Source: a virus | Taxonomy: Duplodnaviria > Heunggongvirae > Uroviricota > Caudoviricetes | Length of the DNA: 64,000 nt | IMG/VR virus record: IMGVR_UViG_3300035698_035307 | Coordinates: 23,521 to 87,520 of that record | Strand: one strand, 5' to 3' | Part shown: one piece after another, positions 28,982-38,775 of the stretch | How positions within the stretch are numbered: the first letter of the stretch is position 1 | Layout of the letters: every line of letters starts with the position of its first letter | Notes under the pieces: model-generated | Databases searched by the model: none | What the model saw: only the letters and a program-made list of their open reading frames with translations | Told to the model about the DNA's origin: nothing | Made by a program: the position numbers and the translations under genes

Positions 28982-31084
28982 TTATTCTACGGGCTTAACT
29001 TCTGATTCTTTGTGAGGGTGAGTAGTTCCATCGTTATACATTACGATATACTCTTCGTCATCTGAACTCCAACTTTGAAGTGTACCAATCATACCGTCAG
29101 AACATTCAACCTTTGTTCCTGGTGGAATATGGTCTTCGTTTGTTGCTTCTGATACTTTAATTTCACCTTCTTTAAATTCTTTAGTGGTTCCGTCATCGTA
29201 AGAAACTAAGTAAGTTCCTTCTTCGTCACTGTAACTGTTAATGCTTCCACCATCTGAAGTCTTTGTACCTGGTTGGTATTTAGCTTCATTTGTGTTTTCT
29301 GCAACAACAATATCACCTTCTTTAAATTCTTTAGTGGTTCCGTCATCGTAAGAAACTAAGTAAGTTCCTTCTTCGTCACTAAAACTATTAATACTACCAC
29401 CGTCCTTTGTTTTCGTACCTGGTTTGTATTTAGCTTCTACAACTTTAGCTTCGCCAATTGCATTGAACTCTGCTTGGAATTTATCAAGTTCAGAATTAAC
29501 TAATGCAGTTGCTTCTTTAATTGATTGATTCTCTTGGTCCGCTTTTGATAAATCTTCTTTCTTTTCCTTTAAGAATAAAATCTTATCTAAAAGTTCTGAT
29601 TTTCTTTCTTCAAGTTTAGCGGCTTCTTGTTTCTCTGCTGCTAATTTCTCAAATACTAAAGTACTGATATCGTAATTAAGAGCTTCTTGAACATCTTTAA
29701 CTGCATCTTCTACTTTCTCATACATCTCAAATGTATTACGTCCCATATAAGTATTAACTTTATTGATGTATAGATTTTCATCCATCTTCATTACGTTAAA
29801 CTGAAGGCCGTTATGTTTTCTTGAAGTGATACTTCTAACGAAGTCCAATTCTTTAATTTCTGCTAAGTTTTCATAAGTAGCTACAATTACATTAACTGTA
29901 TTCTGCTCATTCATTCTATACTTACCTGTTGTTAATAAGAAGTTTCTAAGAGCACTTCCATCAACCATCTCTTGAACTTTACCGTTGAACTTAAAAATAG
30001 GTTCTTTTGTTTCGCTTAAAGATAGAGAAACCATATTTTCTCCTTTTGAAGTTACCATTTCACCAGACTTAAATCTGAATGTTTCTTCGCAAGCCATTAA
30101 AGTTATAAATAAAGCGTTTACTTTATCTTGTGCAAATGGTATGATTGTATTTTCTTTCACATAGTAAGGGCTACCATTAAGTGCAAATAAAAGTCCACCT
30201 TCATGTTCTACTACATATGAATGTCTTTTAAGTACAAGATTATTAGCATCATCGTCAATATCTTTACTTAATTTAATATTGTGTTCGTAAATTGCATTAA
30301 GTTGCGGTATCCATCTCATGCCACTAACTTCAGCAGTAACTGCTTGGCGCATATCACTCTCTGTCATTAATCTAAGTTCATCAAGTTTATCAAGACCTGA
30401 TTGGTAGTATTTCTTTGCATTACTTCCATCAAGTGAAGTATAAGCTTCTTCAACAGCAACGCCCATTGCATTTGCAGTAAGTGCTCCTTCTACTGTTCTA
30501 ATAAATTCACCAACTGGATTCATCCAATCGAATGCTCTTAATTCTTGAACAAGAGATTTTGCAAGGACAGCATGCGATAATTTGTTAGCTGCGATTTGTC
30601 TTTGAGTATTAGTATATGTAGTCAAAGCGATTTGTTGTTCGTTCAAGTTATTCATAATAGCATCAACCTCAGTTGGAACCATTTTTTGTTGACCTGCTTC
30701 AACAGCCGTATTATACTCTACTAATGAACCCTTAAGTTCGTTAATTTTGCCAATAGCTTCGTCAATTCTTGATTGACTCGCTTCAGCCACCATAGGCTTA
30801 AGATATTTGTCGCAAATATCATTAATCTGACCGATGTAATAAGCTTTTGAAGAATGAACATTATAGCCTTTCATAGCTTCTTTCAATGTATTAATTCTTT
30901 CTTCAAGATTTAATTTTTCTTTAATAGTCATTGTTATAATTGTTTTTTTAGGATAATACATACTAATCCCAAACTGAATCTTTTCAGCGGGTATTCCCAT
31001 TTTATCAAGAATTACGCAGACTTGCTCTGGTGTTTTTCCTGATTTTGCAAATTCTTGCACTAATGCCTGTAGATTATTACTCAT
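28982..31084 (-). CDS. Large coiled-coil probable head protein with three C-terminal SH3/Tudor-like repeats
   Basis: 700 aa ending in three ~50-aa modules (PGTK...G.I.S.S.E..Y.V.Y.DGT); GATATATA motif upstream. Confidence 0.7.
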   Translation of the reverse strand: MSNNLQALVQEFAKSGKTPEQVCVILDKMGIPAEKIQFGISMYYPKKTIITMTIKEKLNLEERINTLKEAMKGYNVHSSKAYYIGQINDICDKYLKPMVAEASQSRIDEAIGKINELKGSLVEYNTAVEAGQQKMVPTEVDAIMNNLNEQQIALTTYTNTQRQIAANKLSHAVLAKSLVQELRAFDWMNPVGEFIRTVEGALTANAMGVAVEEAYTSLDGSNAKKYYQSGLDKLDELRLMTESDMRQAVTAEVSGMRWIPQLNAIYEHNIKLSKDIDDDANNLVLKRHSYVVEHEGGLLFALNGSPYYVKENTIIPFAQDKVNALFITLMACEETFRFKSGEMVTSKGENMVSLSLSETKEPIFKFNGKVQEMVDGSALRNFLLTTGKYRMNEQNTVNVIVATYENLAEIKELDFVRSITSRKHNGLQFNVMKMDENLYINKVNTYMGRNTFEMYEKVEDAVKDVQEALNYDISTLVFEKLAAEKQEAAKLEERKSELLDKILFLKEKKEDLSKADQENQSIKEATALVNSELDKFQAEFNAIGEAKVVEAKYKPGTKTKDGGSINSFSDEEGTYLVSYDDGTTKEFKEGDIVVAENTNEAKYQPGTKTSDGGSINSYSDEEGTYLVSYDDGTTKEFKEGEIKVSEATNEDHIPPGTKVECSDGMIGTLQSWSSDDEEYIVMYNDGTTHPHKESEVKPVE
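29163..29380. repeat. 68-bp identical direct repeat with a 150-bp period
   Basis: 29163-29230 is identical to 29313-29380. Confidence 0.9.
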
Positions 31085-31134
31085 ATCTCACATTTTATTT
31101 GGTTTATATATCATTTGTCTTGCGTTTAATTTTC

Positions 31135-31968
31135 CTACTCATGTTTCTTATCGAAAGATGCGTCTTGTCTACTTTTTAATACATTTTTCTCAACTTTAGC
31201 AATTGCATCACTAGATTTTTCACCAAAACCAGTTAAACCCATACGAGGAGGTGCGGTAAATGTATTATGTTCTATCTCAAACATTCTATTACCAGCAAAC
31301 TGTTCGTGTTTAAAATCAATTGAAGGAATAAATGCTAATGCCTCAAGATTAAATGTTACTTTATATTTCTTATCATCATCAAACGCAAATTCAATTGGTC
31401 TTTCTTGTGTATAATCTTCTGGCATCTTATAATAACATGCTACTCTGAATGTTGCTTCATTTGGGTGGCCTGCTTCAATATTAAAAGCATTGTTCTTATA
31501 TAGCCTCTTGATTAAAGCTTCGGCAATTTTGAATGTATCTAATTGACTATCAACTAAAACTTCAACATCAAAGCCGAAAGTAATTGGTATCATCTGGAAT
31601 TGAGAATGAAATGATTTCATCTCTTGTCCTACTAATCTATTATAGGTACCATAAACGTATTTGTTAAGTAATGAACCTGAGTCAATATTCATAGAAGTCA
31701 TATTAAGAATACCTCTTGGAAGTTTCTCATAATTCGTCTTAGCATGTTCACCTTCTGGGTCTCTTACACCGTCATTTAAAAAATGTTGTTCTAAGAAAGC
31801 TTCATCTCCAGCAATTGCATACATGAAAGGTACTTTTACCTTATCTCTCGTGTCTTCGTCAGTTTGTTGGTAGTAATAAATCTTCTCATTTAAGTCAGCT
31901 AAAAGGCCTACGAATATCTGTCGTATGACAGAATCGTCCTTATTATAAACTAAATTGTATGCAGGCAT
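31135..31968 (-). CDS. gp15: Tail sheath terminator / completion protein
   Basis: KVPFMYA, KLPRG, MTSMNID, IPITFGFDV, and TFNLEA resemble gp15. Confidence 0.7.
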   Translation of the reverse strand: MPAYNLVYNKDDSVIRQIFVGLLADLNEKIYYYQQTDEDTRDKVKVPFMYAIAGDEAFLEQHFLNDGVRDPEGEHAKTNYEKLPRGILNMTSMNIDSGSLLNKYVYGTYNRLVGQEMKSFHSQFQMIPITFGFDVEVLVDSQLDTFKIAEALIKRLYKNNAFNIEAGHPNEATFRVACYYKMPEDYTQERPIEFAFDDDKKYKVTFNLEALAFIPSIDFKHEQFAGNRMFEIEHNTFTAPPRMGLTGFGEKSSDAIAKVEKNVLKSRQDASFDKKHE

Positions 31969-31998
31969 TCATTAATGATTATTTTAAGTATATATTGC

Positions 31999-33678
31999 TT
32001 ATTGGATTGTTTCTACATTAAATTTACTAAAACCGTTCTCTCTATAGATTTCAATCTTCTTATCAAACAATTCATGAGGTAATACAGTATGGTTGATTAC
32101 GAATGCATTAATGTTATTTTCCTTGATAACTTTATTAAGAATCTTTAGAATAGAATGTACACCATCTGCATCAATTGAACTGAATATTTCATCTAAGAAA
32201 AGTAAGTTTAATTGTGGGAAACGAAGTTTCAGCATCTTTATAATAGAGATGATAATAACAAAATCAGCTTTCTTTTTCTCACCTGTACTTAATGTACTAG
32301 GATTAATTACTTCACCTAAATGATTAATCTGACAATCAAAATGTTCATCAAATCTAATTTGAAAATGTAAGTGCATTTCATTTGCCATCTGGGCTATTGA
32401 TGTATTTAGAGCAGGTAGAATAGTCTTCAGTGCAAGGTTCTTAACGCCCTCATCACCTAATAAATTTTCCATCATGTTCAAGAAATAATCGTCTTCCGAT
32501 TTTCTTACTTTTGTTTTAGATTTTGTTTTCTCTTTAACTTTGAACTCATCTATTAAACCTTTAAGATGGTCGAATTGTTCATCATCATTTGTCTTAAGAC
32601 TTTTAGCTATTTCAACTAACTCATTCTTATATGTTTGAATCTGTGTAGATAAAGCTGAGGCCTTTTGCAGTACTGCATCTTGCTTATTCCTATTATCATA
32701 CGCAGTTTCTTTAAGCTTGTCAATCTTTAATTTAACACCATCCATCTCGATAGGTAATTTTGCAACTTTAACTTCTGCAGCTTCTTTAATTTCTTTATGG
32801 AAGTCTGTGTTAAGTGGAGATTCACATGTCGGGCACTTCTTTTGCTTTCTTAAATTGATTTGTTTCTGTGCTTCAGTAAGCTCATCTTTCTTACCATTAT
32901 AAAGAGTTCTGTGTTTATCAATTTCTTCTTCAATAATATCATATCGCTCAAGCAGCTTAGTACGTACCTCGGATAGTCTATTCTTACTTGCAACTAAATC
33001 CTTAAGCTTATCTTTAAGGTCAGTTATCTTGCTGTTCTTTTTGTTCTCAGTAATCTCTTCAAGAGATTCAATTTTCTCATTAATTGAAACGATATTATCT
33101 GCAAGTTGATTTAATTCATCATCCACAGTTTTAATTTCATCCTTTAAATCTTTACGATTGTCTTTAATTACTTTAAGCATGTCATTGAGAATAGAGAAAC
33201 CGAATAATCTATCAATGATATTTCTCTTATCTTTATTGCTCATGTTTATGAATGACTTGAACTCAGTAATTGATAAGATAATAATATTCTTGAATACGTG
33301 AAATGGAATTTTAAAAACTTCTTTCTCTAAATATTCTTGTACGTTTGATTTACCAGCTTGGTCATAATCTACATTATTAATCTTAACACTGAACTTCTTA
33401 GGCTTTAAACCTCTTTCAATTACAACATTATTGCTACCACATGTAACATCTACTTTAATAGTCATGCCACCATTTATCCTGTTAGGTAAATCTGCAAGAT
33501 TCTTGCCTTCAATTTTACCATATAAGCCAAATACGATTGCATTTGCAATTGTTGTTTTACCAAAACCATTGCCTCCTGTTACTAAATAGAATGAGCTATT
33601 TTCTTCTTCGAAAATTATCTTCTGTGCTTCATTACCGTAACTTGCTATATTCTTAAACTCAATTGAATTAATTCTCAT
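31999..33678 (-). CDS. gp46: Rad50/SbcC-like recombination ATPase
   Basis: GGNGFGKT, Zn-hook CPTC, signature LSTGEK and LLFLDE. Start moved to MRINSIEF. Confidence 0.93.
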   Translation of the reverse strand: MRINSIEFKNIASYGNEAQKIIFEEENSSFYLVTGGNGFGKTTIANAIVFGLYGKIEGKNLADLPNRINGGMTIKVDVTCGSNNVVIERGLKPKKFSVKINNVDYDQAGKSNVQEYLEKEVFKIPFHVFKNIIILSITEFKSFINMSNKDKRNIIDRLFGFSILNDMLKVIKDNRKDLKDEIKTVDDELNQLADNIVSINEKIESLEEITENKKNSKITDLKDKLKDLVASKNRLSEVRTKLLERYDIIEEEIDKHRTLYNGKKDELTEAQKQINLRKQKKCPTCESPLNTDFHKEIKEAAEVKVAKLPIEMDGVKLKIDKLKETAYDNRNKQDAVLQKASALSTQIQTYKNELVEIAKSLKTNDDEQFDHLKGLIDEFKVKEKTKSKTKVRKSEDDYFLNMMENLLGDEGVKNLALKTILPALNTSIAQMANEMHLHFQIRFDEHFDCQINHLGEVINPSTLSTGEKKKADFVIIISIIKMLKLRFPQLNLLFLDEIFSSIDADGVHSILKILNKVIKENNINAFVINHTVLPHELFDKKIEIYRENGFSKFNVETIQ

Positions 33679-33682
33679 ACTC

Positions 33683-34783
33683 TTAAATTTCCATGTTATA
33701 TTGATACGCACATGTATCGTGTAGTTTCTTTACTTCATTAAGTAACTTAGATTTAAGTTCTTCTTCAAATCCTGTACTCTTAATATACTTAGAGCAGAGG
33801 TTCATTATATCAAATTGTTTGTATATTCTTTCGATTTCTTCAGCATCTAGCTCCATTAAATCTGTATCTATATAACAAGATTCATCATAGATGTTAGGTT
33901 CTACAAATCTAGCTAAACCATCTATCTCTCTCATTAATGCACCAAGATTATAACTGGTTGATATCTTTGCTGGTATGTATAAATCAACAAAATTATTAGT
34001 TATATCTGCCTTAAGTTCTTCTAAAGTTTTATCTAAATAATTCAATAAATGAACTTTAATAAATTTCGGACTTACTTTATTCTCAATAAAAGCTTCCTTA
34101 CCTGTTTCAATATCAAGTATATACATGCCTTTTATGTTATCCATATCTGAACGTGTCATTTGATATGGATTACCAATCATCTTTACATTTCCTTTTTCTT
34201 GTGAATAGTGAATGTGACCAGAATAAACTCTTTTAAATCCTCTGTATTCAGTTGTTGTGATTCCTTCTCTGTTTGTAACTTTAGCATTCAATTTTAATCC
34301 TCTAACTTCAGAGTGACAAAATACATAATCGCTATCAGCATATTCAACTAAAGTATCAATTTCTTCTTCCTGATTTCTTCTCCAGGGCATTAATAAACAT
34401 TTTTCTCCAGCCCAATCATATTGAATAGGATTCTTATGTATATTAACGTTTGGGATATTCTTTAAACCATCTAATGATGTAATCTCATTTGATTTCTTTC
34501 TATACAAATCATGATTACCTACAATAATATGAACTGGTAAGATTTTACCAATCTCTGTATATAAGTCAATAACGTAACTGTTGATAAGTAGGTTTATGCT
34601 TTGACGATTATCATACATGTCACCTAGGTGTAACAAAATATCACCCTCTCTGTAATTCTTCTTTATGGTTGGGATTAAAACTTTCTCATGAAATTCTTTC
34701 ATGATTTCAAACCATTCCATTGAGTTAGCTCTTGCTCCCCAGTGAGTGTCTGTAACCATAAAGATTCGTTTTACATCTTTCAT
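33683..34783 (-). CDS. gp47: Mre11/SbcD-like nuclease
   Basis: TDTHWG, LGDMYD, VGNHD, FCH and SGHIH motifs. Confidence 0.93.
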   Translation of the reverse strand: MKDVKRIFMVTDTHWGARANSMEWFEIMKEFHEKVLIPTIKKNYREGDILLHLGDMYDNRQSINLLINSYVIDLYTEIGKILPVHIIVGNHDLYRKKSNEITSLDGLKNIPNVNIHKNPIQYDWAGEKCLLMPWRRNQEEEIDTLVEYADSDYVFCHSEVRGLKLNAKVTNREGITTTEYRGFKRVYSGHIHYSQEKGNVKMIGNPYQMTRSDMDNIKGMYILDIETGKEAFIENKVSPKFIKVHLLNYLDKTLEELKADITNNFVDLYIPAKISTSYNLGALMREIDGLARFVEPNIYDESCYIDTDLMELDAEEIERIYKQFDIMNLCSKYIKSTGFEEELKSKLLNEVKKLHDTCAYQYNMEI

Positions 34784-34798
34784 ACTCGGTCTTTTATT

Positions 34799-35242
34799 TT
34801 AAAACAGTCTGTTTATCTTTTTCTTTTTGTATACATCTTTCGCATCGTTAAGTTCATCTAACAATTCGTCTTTAAACGTATTACTAAGAGCATTGTAAAA
34901 CTTAGCAGGAAATACATCAAAGTAGTCAGTTAATACATCAAATACTTCCATTTTCCTGTACTGCATCTTAAGGTTATTTATCACCGTAATATAGATTTCA
35001 TTCATTTGAATCTTCGTGAGTTTCTTCACTTTACCATCCGAATCTAAAACAACTAAGTGTTTAAACTTTCTTGAAGTTCTTATTATTGTGTCGACATCGT
35101 TGAATAACATGTCATAATGTACCTGGTCTTCTAAATCAATATCACTTCTGTCTGAAGGTTTAAAACTCATTGTTGAATCATACTCAGGAGCTGATTCATT
35201 GAATTTGTTGTCAAATATTTTGTCTTGTTTAGTTCTTCCCAT
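34799..35242 (-). CDS. Hypothetical protein
   Basis: 147-aa ORF between gp41 and gp47. Confidence 0.7.
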   Translation of the reverse strand: MGRTKQDKIFDNKFNESAPEYDSTMSFKPSDRSDIDLEDQVHYDMLFNDVDTIIRTSRKFKHLVVLDSDGKVKKLTKIQMNEIYITVINNLKMQYRKMEVFDVLTDYFDVFPAKFYNALSNTFKDELLDELNDAKDVYKKKKINRLF

Positions 35243-35247
35243 TTTTT

Positions 35248-36603
35248 TTAATTTTGATTGCTACCATCATATTCATCACTCTCGCCGCTACCTGCAGCTC
35301 CACTCCATTCTTCAGTTGATTCAGTGAGTCTCATAAATTCGTAGTTAATTGTTAACTTAAATCTCATATTTTTACCTTCGCCATCTCTAATCTTTAGGAT
35401 TTTAAGCCAATACTCAGGTGGGTCAGATTCATACATTATCTTATCTTGAATAATTGCATACATCATATCTGCAGTATGTGATAGACCAGCTGATTCAGCA
35501 ATATTGTTCATTGTTATTTCAGTTGAATCATAACCATCTCTATTAATCTGAGTTGCAGTAATGATAAGCCAATCATTTCTAATTGCCATCGCTCTAAGGT
35601 CTTCAGCTATTTGCTTCACCTTCATGTAAGTATTATCACTATTAGGGTTTCTATAATTAGCTAAGATGTTAATGTAGTCAATTACTACTACTTGCATCTT
35701 AATACCCTTAACTTCTTCAAGTTCTTTTAAATATGCTTCGATATCTAAAACTGAAAATTGTGATGTTGGTACATGTTTAATAAATAATTGTCCAGGAGGT
35801 AATAAACCTTCTGACATTCTATCTAATTTTCTCTTAATGAGATTCTTGTCTCTTGCTTTCTTTGCATACTCAGACATTCCAATATTAAGAGCATTAGAAC
35901 CAATACGTTTCACAAATTTATGTGCACCCATTTCTGCAGAAATTACTGCAGTGTTGTGACCTCTTTTTACGAAGTTCACGGCATCATTTGCTAGGAAGAT
36001 AGATTTACCAATGTTTTGTTCACCAGCATATACAACTAATGATTGTTTATCATATCCACCATGTGTTACTGCATCAACGGCATTGTAACCTGTCGTAATC
36101 TTTTGTTCTTGTTTCTGGTCGTGACAAGCTGGGTCAAAAAAGTCTAAACCTAAATCTGTATTAAAGTTTAAATTATTTCTCTCATTTATTAATGTCTTAA
36201 CCTTGTTGATAATAGTATCAACGTTGTCTGGAGTAACTTTGTTCGTTTGAACATACTCCATTGTATCTAAGAGTGTTGTATCAAATGTCCTCCACTTAAT
36301 CCAAGCTTCTGCAGTAGTTTCTAACCATTCTGCATCGTATTCTTTTAAATTTACATCGTAAATAGCTGTTACTAAATCCTTTGAAATACCAGTTTGCTTT
36401 GCAGCCTTTGAATGGTCTATCAAAAGTTTCATTTGTTCAGCTGATGGTGTTTCTTTAAATTTTACGTAAAACTTATTTGCCAACGTTGAAAGAACATCAA
36501 TCTCTTTACTGGTATAATAATCTTTACCAATCTTGCTTAAGTATTTTGGTTTACTTAAACAGAGATTGAAAAAGGTCTTTTCGTAGTCTGCGTTAAAGTT
36601 CAT
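35248..36603 (-). CDS. gp41: Replicative DnaB-like helicase
   Basis: AGEQNIGKS, VVIDYINI, TATQINR and AESAG motifs. Confidence 0.93.
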   Translation of the reverse strand: MNFNADYEKTFFNLCLSKPKYLSKIGKDYYTSKEIDVLSTLANKFYVKFKETPSAEQMKLLIDHSKAAKQTGISKDLVTAIYDVNLKEYDAEWLETTAEAWIKWRTFDTTLLDTMEYVQTNKVTPDNVDTIINKVKTLINERNNLNFNTDLGLDFFDPACHDQKQEQKITTGYNAVDAVTHGGYDKQSLVVYAGEQNIGKSIFLANDAVNFVKRGHNTAVISAEMGAHKFVKRIGSNALNIGMSEYAKKARDKNLIKRKLDRMSEGLLPPGQLFIKHVPTSQFSVLDIEAYLKELEEVKGIKMQVVVIDYINILANYRNPNSDNTYMKVKQIAEDLRAMAIRNDWLIITATQINRDGYDSTEITMNNIAESAGLSHTADMMYAIIQDKIMYESDPPEYWLKILKIRDGEGKNMRFKLTINYEFMRLTESTEEWSGAAGSGESDEYDGSNQN

Positions 36604-37132
36604 CTTTAGTTATCTTTTTAAAATCCTTTATCCAATAAAATTGTTTCATACCAGAATTATCTGCAAATCCTTTATCAGTCTCTCTATCTCCAACCATTAT
36701 CGAGTCTTTAATATTGATACCTAATTCAGATGCTGCTTTTAAAGCCATACCTGGATTTGGTTTTCTCATCTGGTCTCCAGCTGCATTTGTCTTGCTAAAA
36801 TATATTTTCTCGAAGTTAACACCTTCTTTCTTTGCAGCTTTCGTAATGTTTGCAAATTTTTCAATTATATCCTTTAAGCTTATGTAGCCTGCTGCAATGC
36901 TACCTTGGTTGCTTGCACCTATGATTTTATATCCAGCTTCTTGAAAAAGTTTAATTTTATTCAAAACACCTGGAATAAAAGCCCAGTCATCTTTGTCTTG
37001 CGGAAATGTACCCTTAGTCTTAGGTTTGATGACGGTATGGTCTAAATCTAAAAAAAGGCCAGCAGGTTTTTCCTCTTGACCTTCTTTAATAAATTGACCA
37101 AATGTTTTTATAAATAGTTTATCTTGTGCCAT
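36593..37132 (-). CDS. HAD class IIIA phosphatase (GmhB / polynucleotide 3'-phosphatase-like)
   Basis: FLDLDHT, ASNQG, RKPNPGM and VGDRETD motifs; leader FIKTFGQFIKE. Confidence 0.85.
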   Translation of the reverse strand: MAQDKLFIKTFGQFIKEGQEEKPAGLFLDLDHTVIKPKTKGTFPQDKDDWAFIPGVLNKIKLFQEAGYKIIGASNQGSIAAGYISLKDIIEKFANITKAAKKEGVNFEKIYFSKTNAAGDQMRKPNPGMALKAASELGINIKDSIMVGDRETDKGFADNSGMKQFYWIKDFKKITKDEL

Positions 37133-37134
37133 TG

Positions 37135-37443
37135 TTATTTGGTTTTTTCGTAGGGGTTAACTAGGACCTTATAAGAAGTCTTAGAATCAGATGTTCTTGT
37201 TATTTCAATAGAACCTTTATCAATTAATTCTAATAGACTAGACTGTATGATTTCAGCTGAGGCAGTAGGCATCTTTTTCTTAATAATATAATCCGAAAAT
37301 GTGATGTCACCTGATTTACCTTTATCATCAGCTCGTTTACAAACGAAGTAAAGTAAGTCATCAGGTTTTGGCCATCCGTCCATATCTTTATCCATTTCTA
37401 AAACATGTTTGATTTGTATTTTATCTTTGTTGAAATTACTCAT
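37135..37443 (-). CDS. Hypothetical protein (possible winged helix)
   Basis: 102 aa ending in a helix followed by a beta-hairpin (SLLELIDKGSIEITR...YKVL). Confidence 0.55.
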   Translation of the reverse strand: MSNFNKDKIQIKHVLEMDKDMDGWPKPDDLLYFVCKRADDKGKSGDITFSDYIIKKKMPTASAEIIQSSLLELIDKGSIEITRTSDSKTSYKVLVNPYEKTK

Positions 37444-37455
37444 ATGATTGAATTA

Positions 37456-37473
37456 AAGGGGCCGAAGCCCCTT
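37456..37473 (-). terminator. UUCG-tetraloop terminator after uvsX
   Basis: AAGGGGC-TTCG-GCCCCTT followed by TAAT. Confidence 0.8.
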
Positions 37474-37476
37474 AGT

Positions 37477-38754
37477 TTATTTCTTTAATTCTTCTTGAAT
37501 AGAATCCATTGCATCTTCGCCTTCTGTTTCTACATCATCAAGTAAGTCGATTATCTCATCTTCTTCACCTAACATATCATCTGGAATTGTATCATTGATT
37601 CCGTAATTAAACATTGGTTGAATACGCTCGTTAATTGCATCTAAAACATCCTTTGTGAATACTTTATCAGAATAAAGTTCGTTTGCTTTTTTAATTGGCT
37701 CATCTAAATGTTTACATACCCAACTCTTACAGTTCTGCTTGATATTGATATCACCGTTCGCATCCATTTCACCTTTAGAAACACCTACTGTGTCCCAATC
37801 GAAATATTCTTCAAGTCCAACATAAGGATTCATACCAGAATCATATCTAATGAATGCTTTCACAACATTAGGTTTTGCAAATCTATTCTTATTTGGGGCT
37901 ACTCTAACTATAATACCTGATTTGATTTTATTCTTACCAGAACCTTCAGTTAATTGAGCTTTACCTAAGAATAAGATAATACTAGCTGCATATTCTGGGC
38001 CAGTTCCACCACCTGCTTTTGTAAGTGATATAAAACTCTGTGTTTGATATGTATGATTAGTAAATACAAATGGAGCTTTAATTTCTGCTAAAGGAACTGT
38101 TATAATTCTAAATAGAGATTTCGTAAGTTTCGCTCTTGTCATATCTGCTTTTTCACTACCAGAGATTGCATCGTCTACTTCTTTCTTCGATGGTAAGTTA
38201 CCAGCTGAATCAAGTGCAAAGAATAATTTAGGAATTTTAATACCTTCTCTTTTCTTTTGTACAAGCTGGTCGATTAATGAAGTAATATGATGTCTAAACT
38301 CTTGTAATGTTGCCATTGGTTCATATCTCACCTTTGTTGTATCAATTCCAAAAGTTTCCATTAATTTCTTATCAATAGCATTTTCTGAGTCGTAAAATAC
38401 AACATAATATCCCATTGCAATTGCATTCTTAACTGCGTTCAATAGTAAATATGTTTTTCCTGTACCTGATGGTCCTGCAAGTGCAACACATCTGTTGTTT
38501 GGTATACCACCGTATATAGAGCCAGTACATGCAGCGTTTATAATGTGACTACCGAACGAAATATAATGGTCAACTTCACTGAAAGTATTCTCAGACATTT
38601 TACTACCATAAAGACTTATCTTGTCGAGGTCTTTATTCATGTCATCAAAAGTAAATTCAGGTATCACCTTCTTTGATTTAGTTACTTTAACTTTCTTCAC
38701 TTTAGGCATGCCATCTGTTGCTTTTGCTTTGTCTTTGTCGTTTTTCTTCGCCAT
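37477..38754 (-). CDS. uvsX: RecA-like recombinase
   Basis: AGPSGTGKT, YDSE, LDSAGNL, FTNHTY, GGGTGPEYAAS and NKNRF motifs. Confidence 0.93.
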   Translation of the reverse strand: MAKKNDKDKAKATDGMPKVKKVKVTKSKKVIPEFTFDDMNKDLDKISLYGSKMSENTFSEVDHYISFGSHIINAACTGSIYGGIPNNRCVALAGPSGTGKTYLLLNAVKNAIAMGYYVVFYDSENAIDKKLMETFGIDTTKVRYEPMATLQEFRHHITSLIDQLVQKKREGIKIPKLFFALDSAGNLPSKKEVDDAISGSEKADMTRAKLTKSLFRIITVPLAEIKAPFVFTNHTYQTQSFISLTKAGGGTGPEYAASIILFLGKAQLTEGSGKNKIKSGIIVRVAPNKNRFAKPNVVKAFIRYDSGMNPYVGLEEYFDWDTVGVSKGEMDANGDINIKQNCKSWVCKHLDEPIKKANELYSDKVFTKDVLDAINERIQPMFNYGINDTIPDDMLGEEDEIIDLLDDVETEGEDAMDSIQEELKK

Positions 38755-38775
38755 AATTAATTTTTATTTTTAATT

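Noticed and set aside
29163-29380. Diversity-generating retroelement TR/VR pair
   Set aside because: The copies are tandem within one ORF, there is no adenine-specific divergence pattern, and no reverse transcriptase is present in the window.
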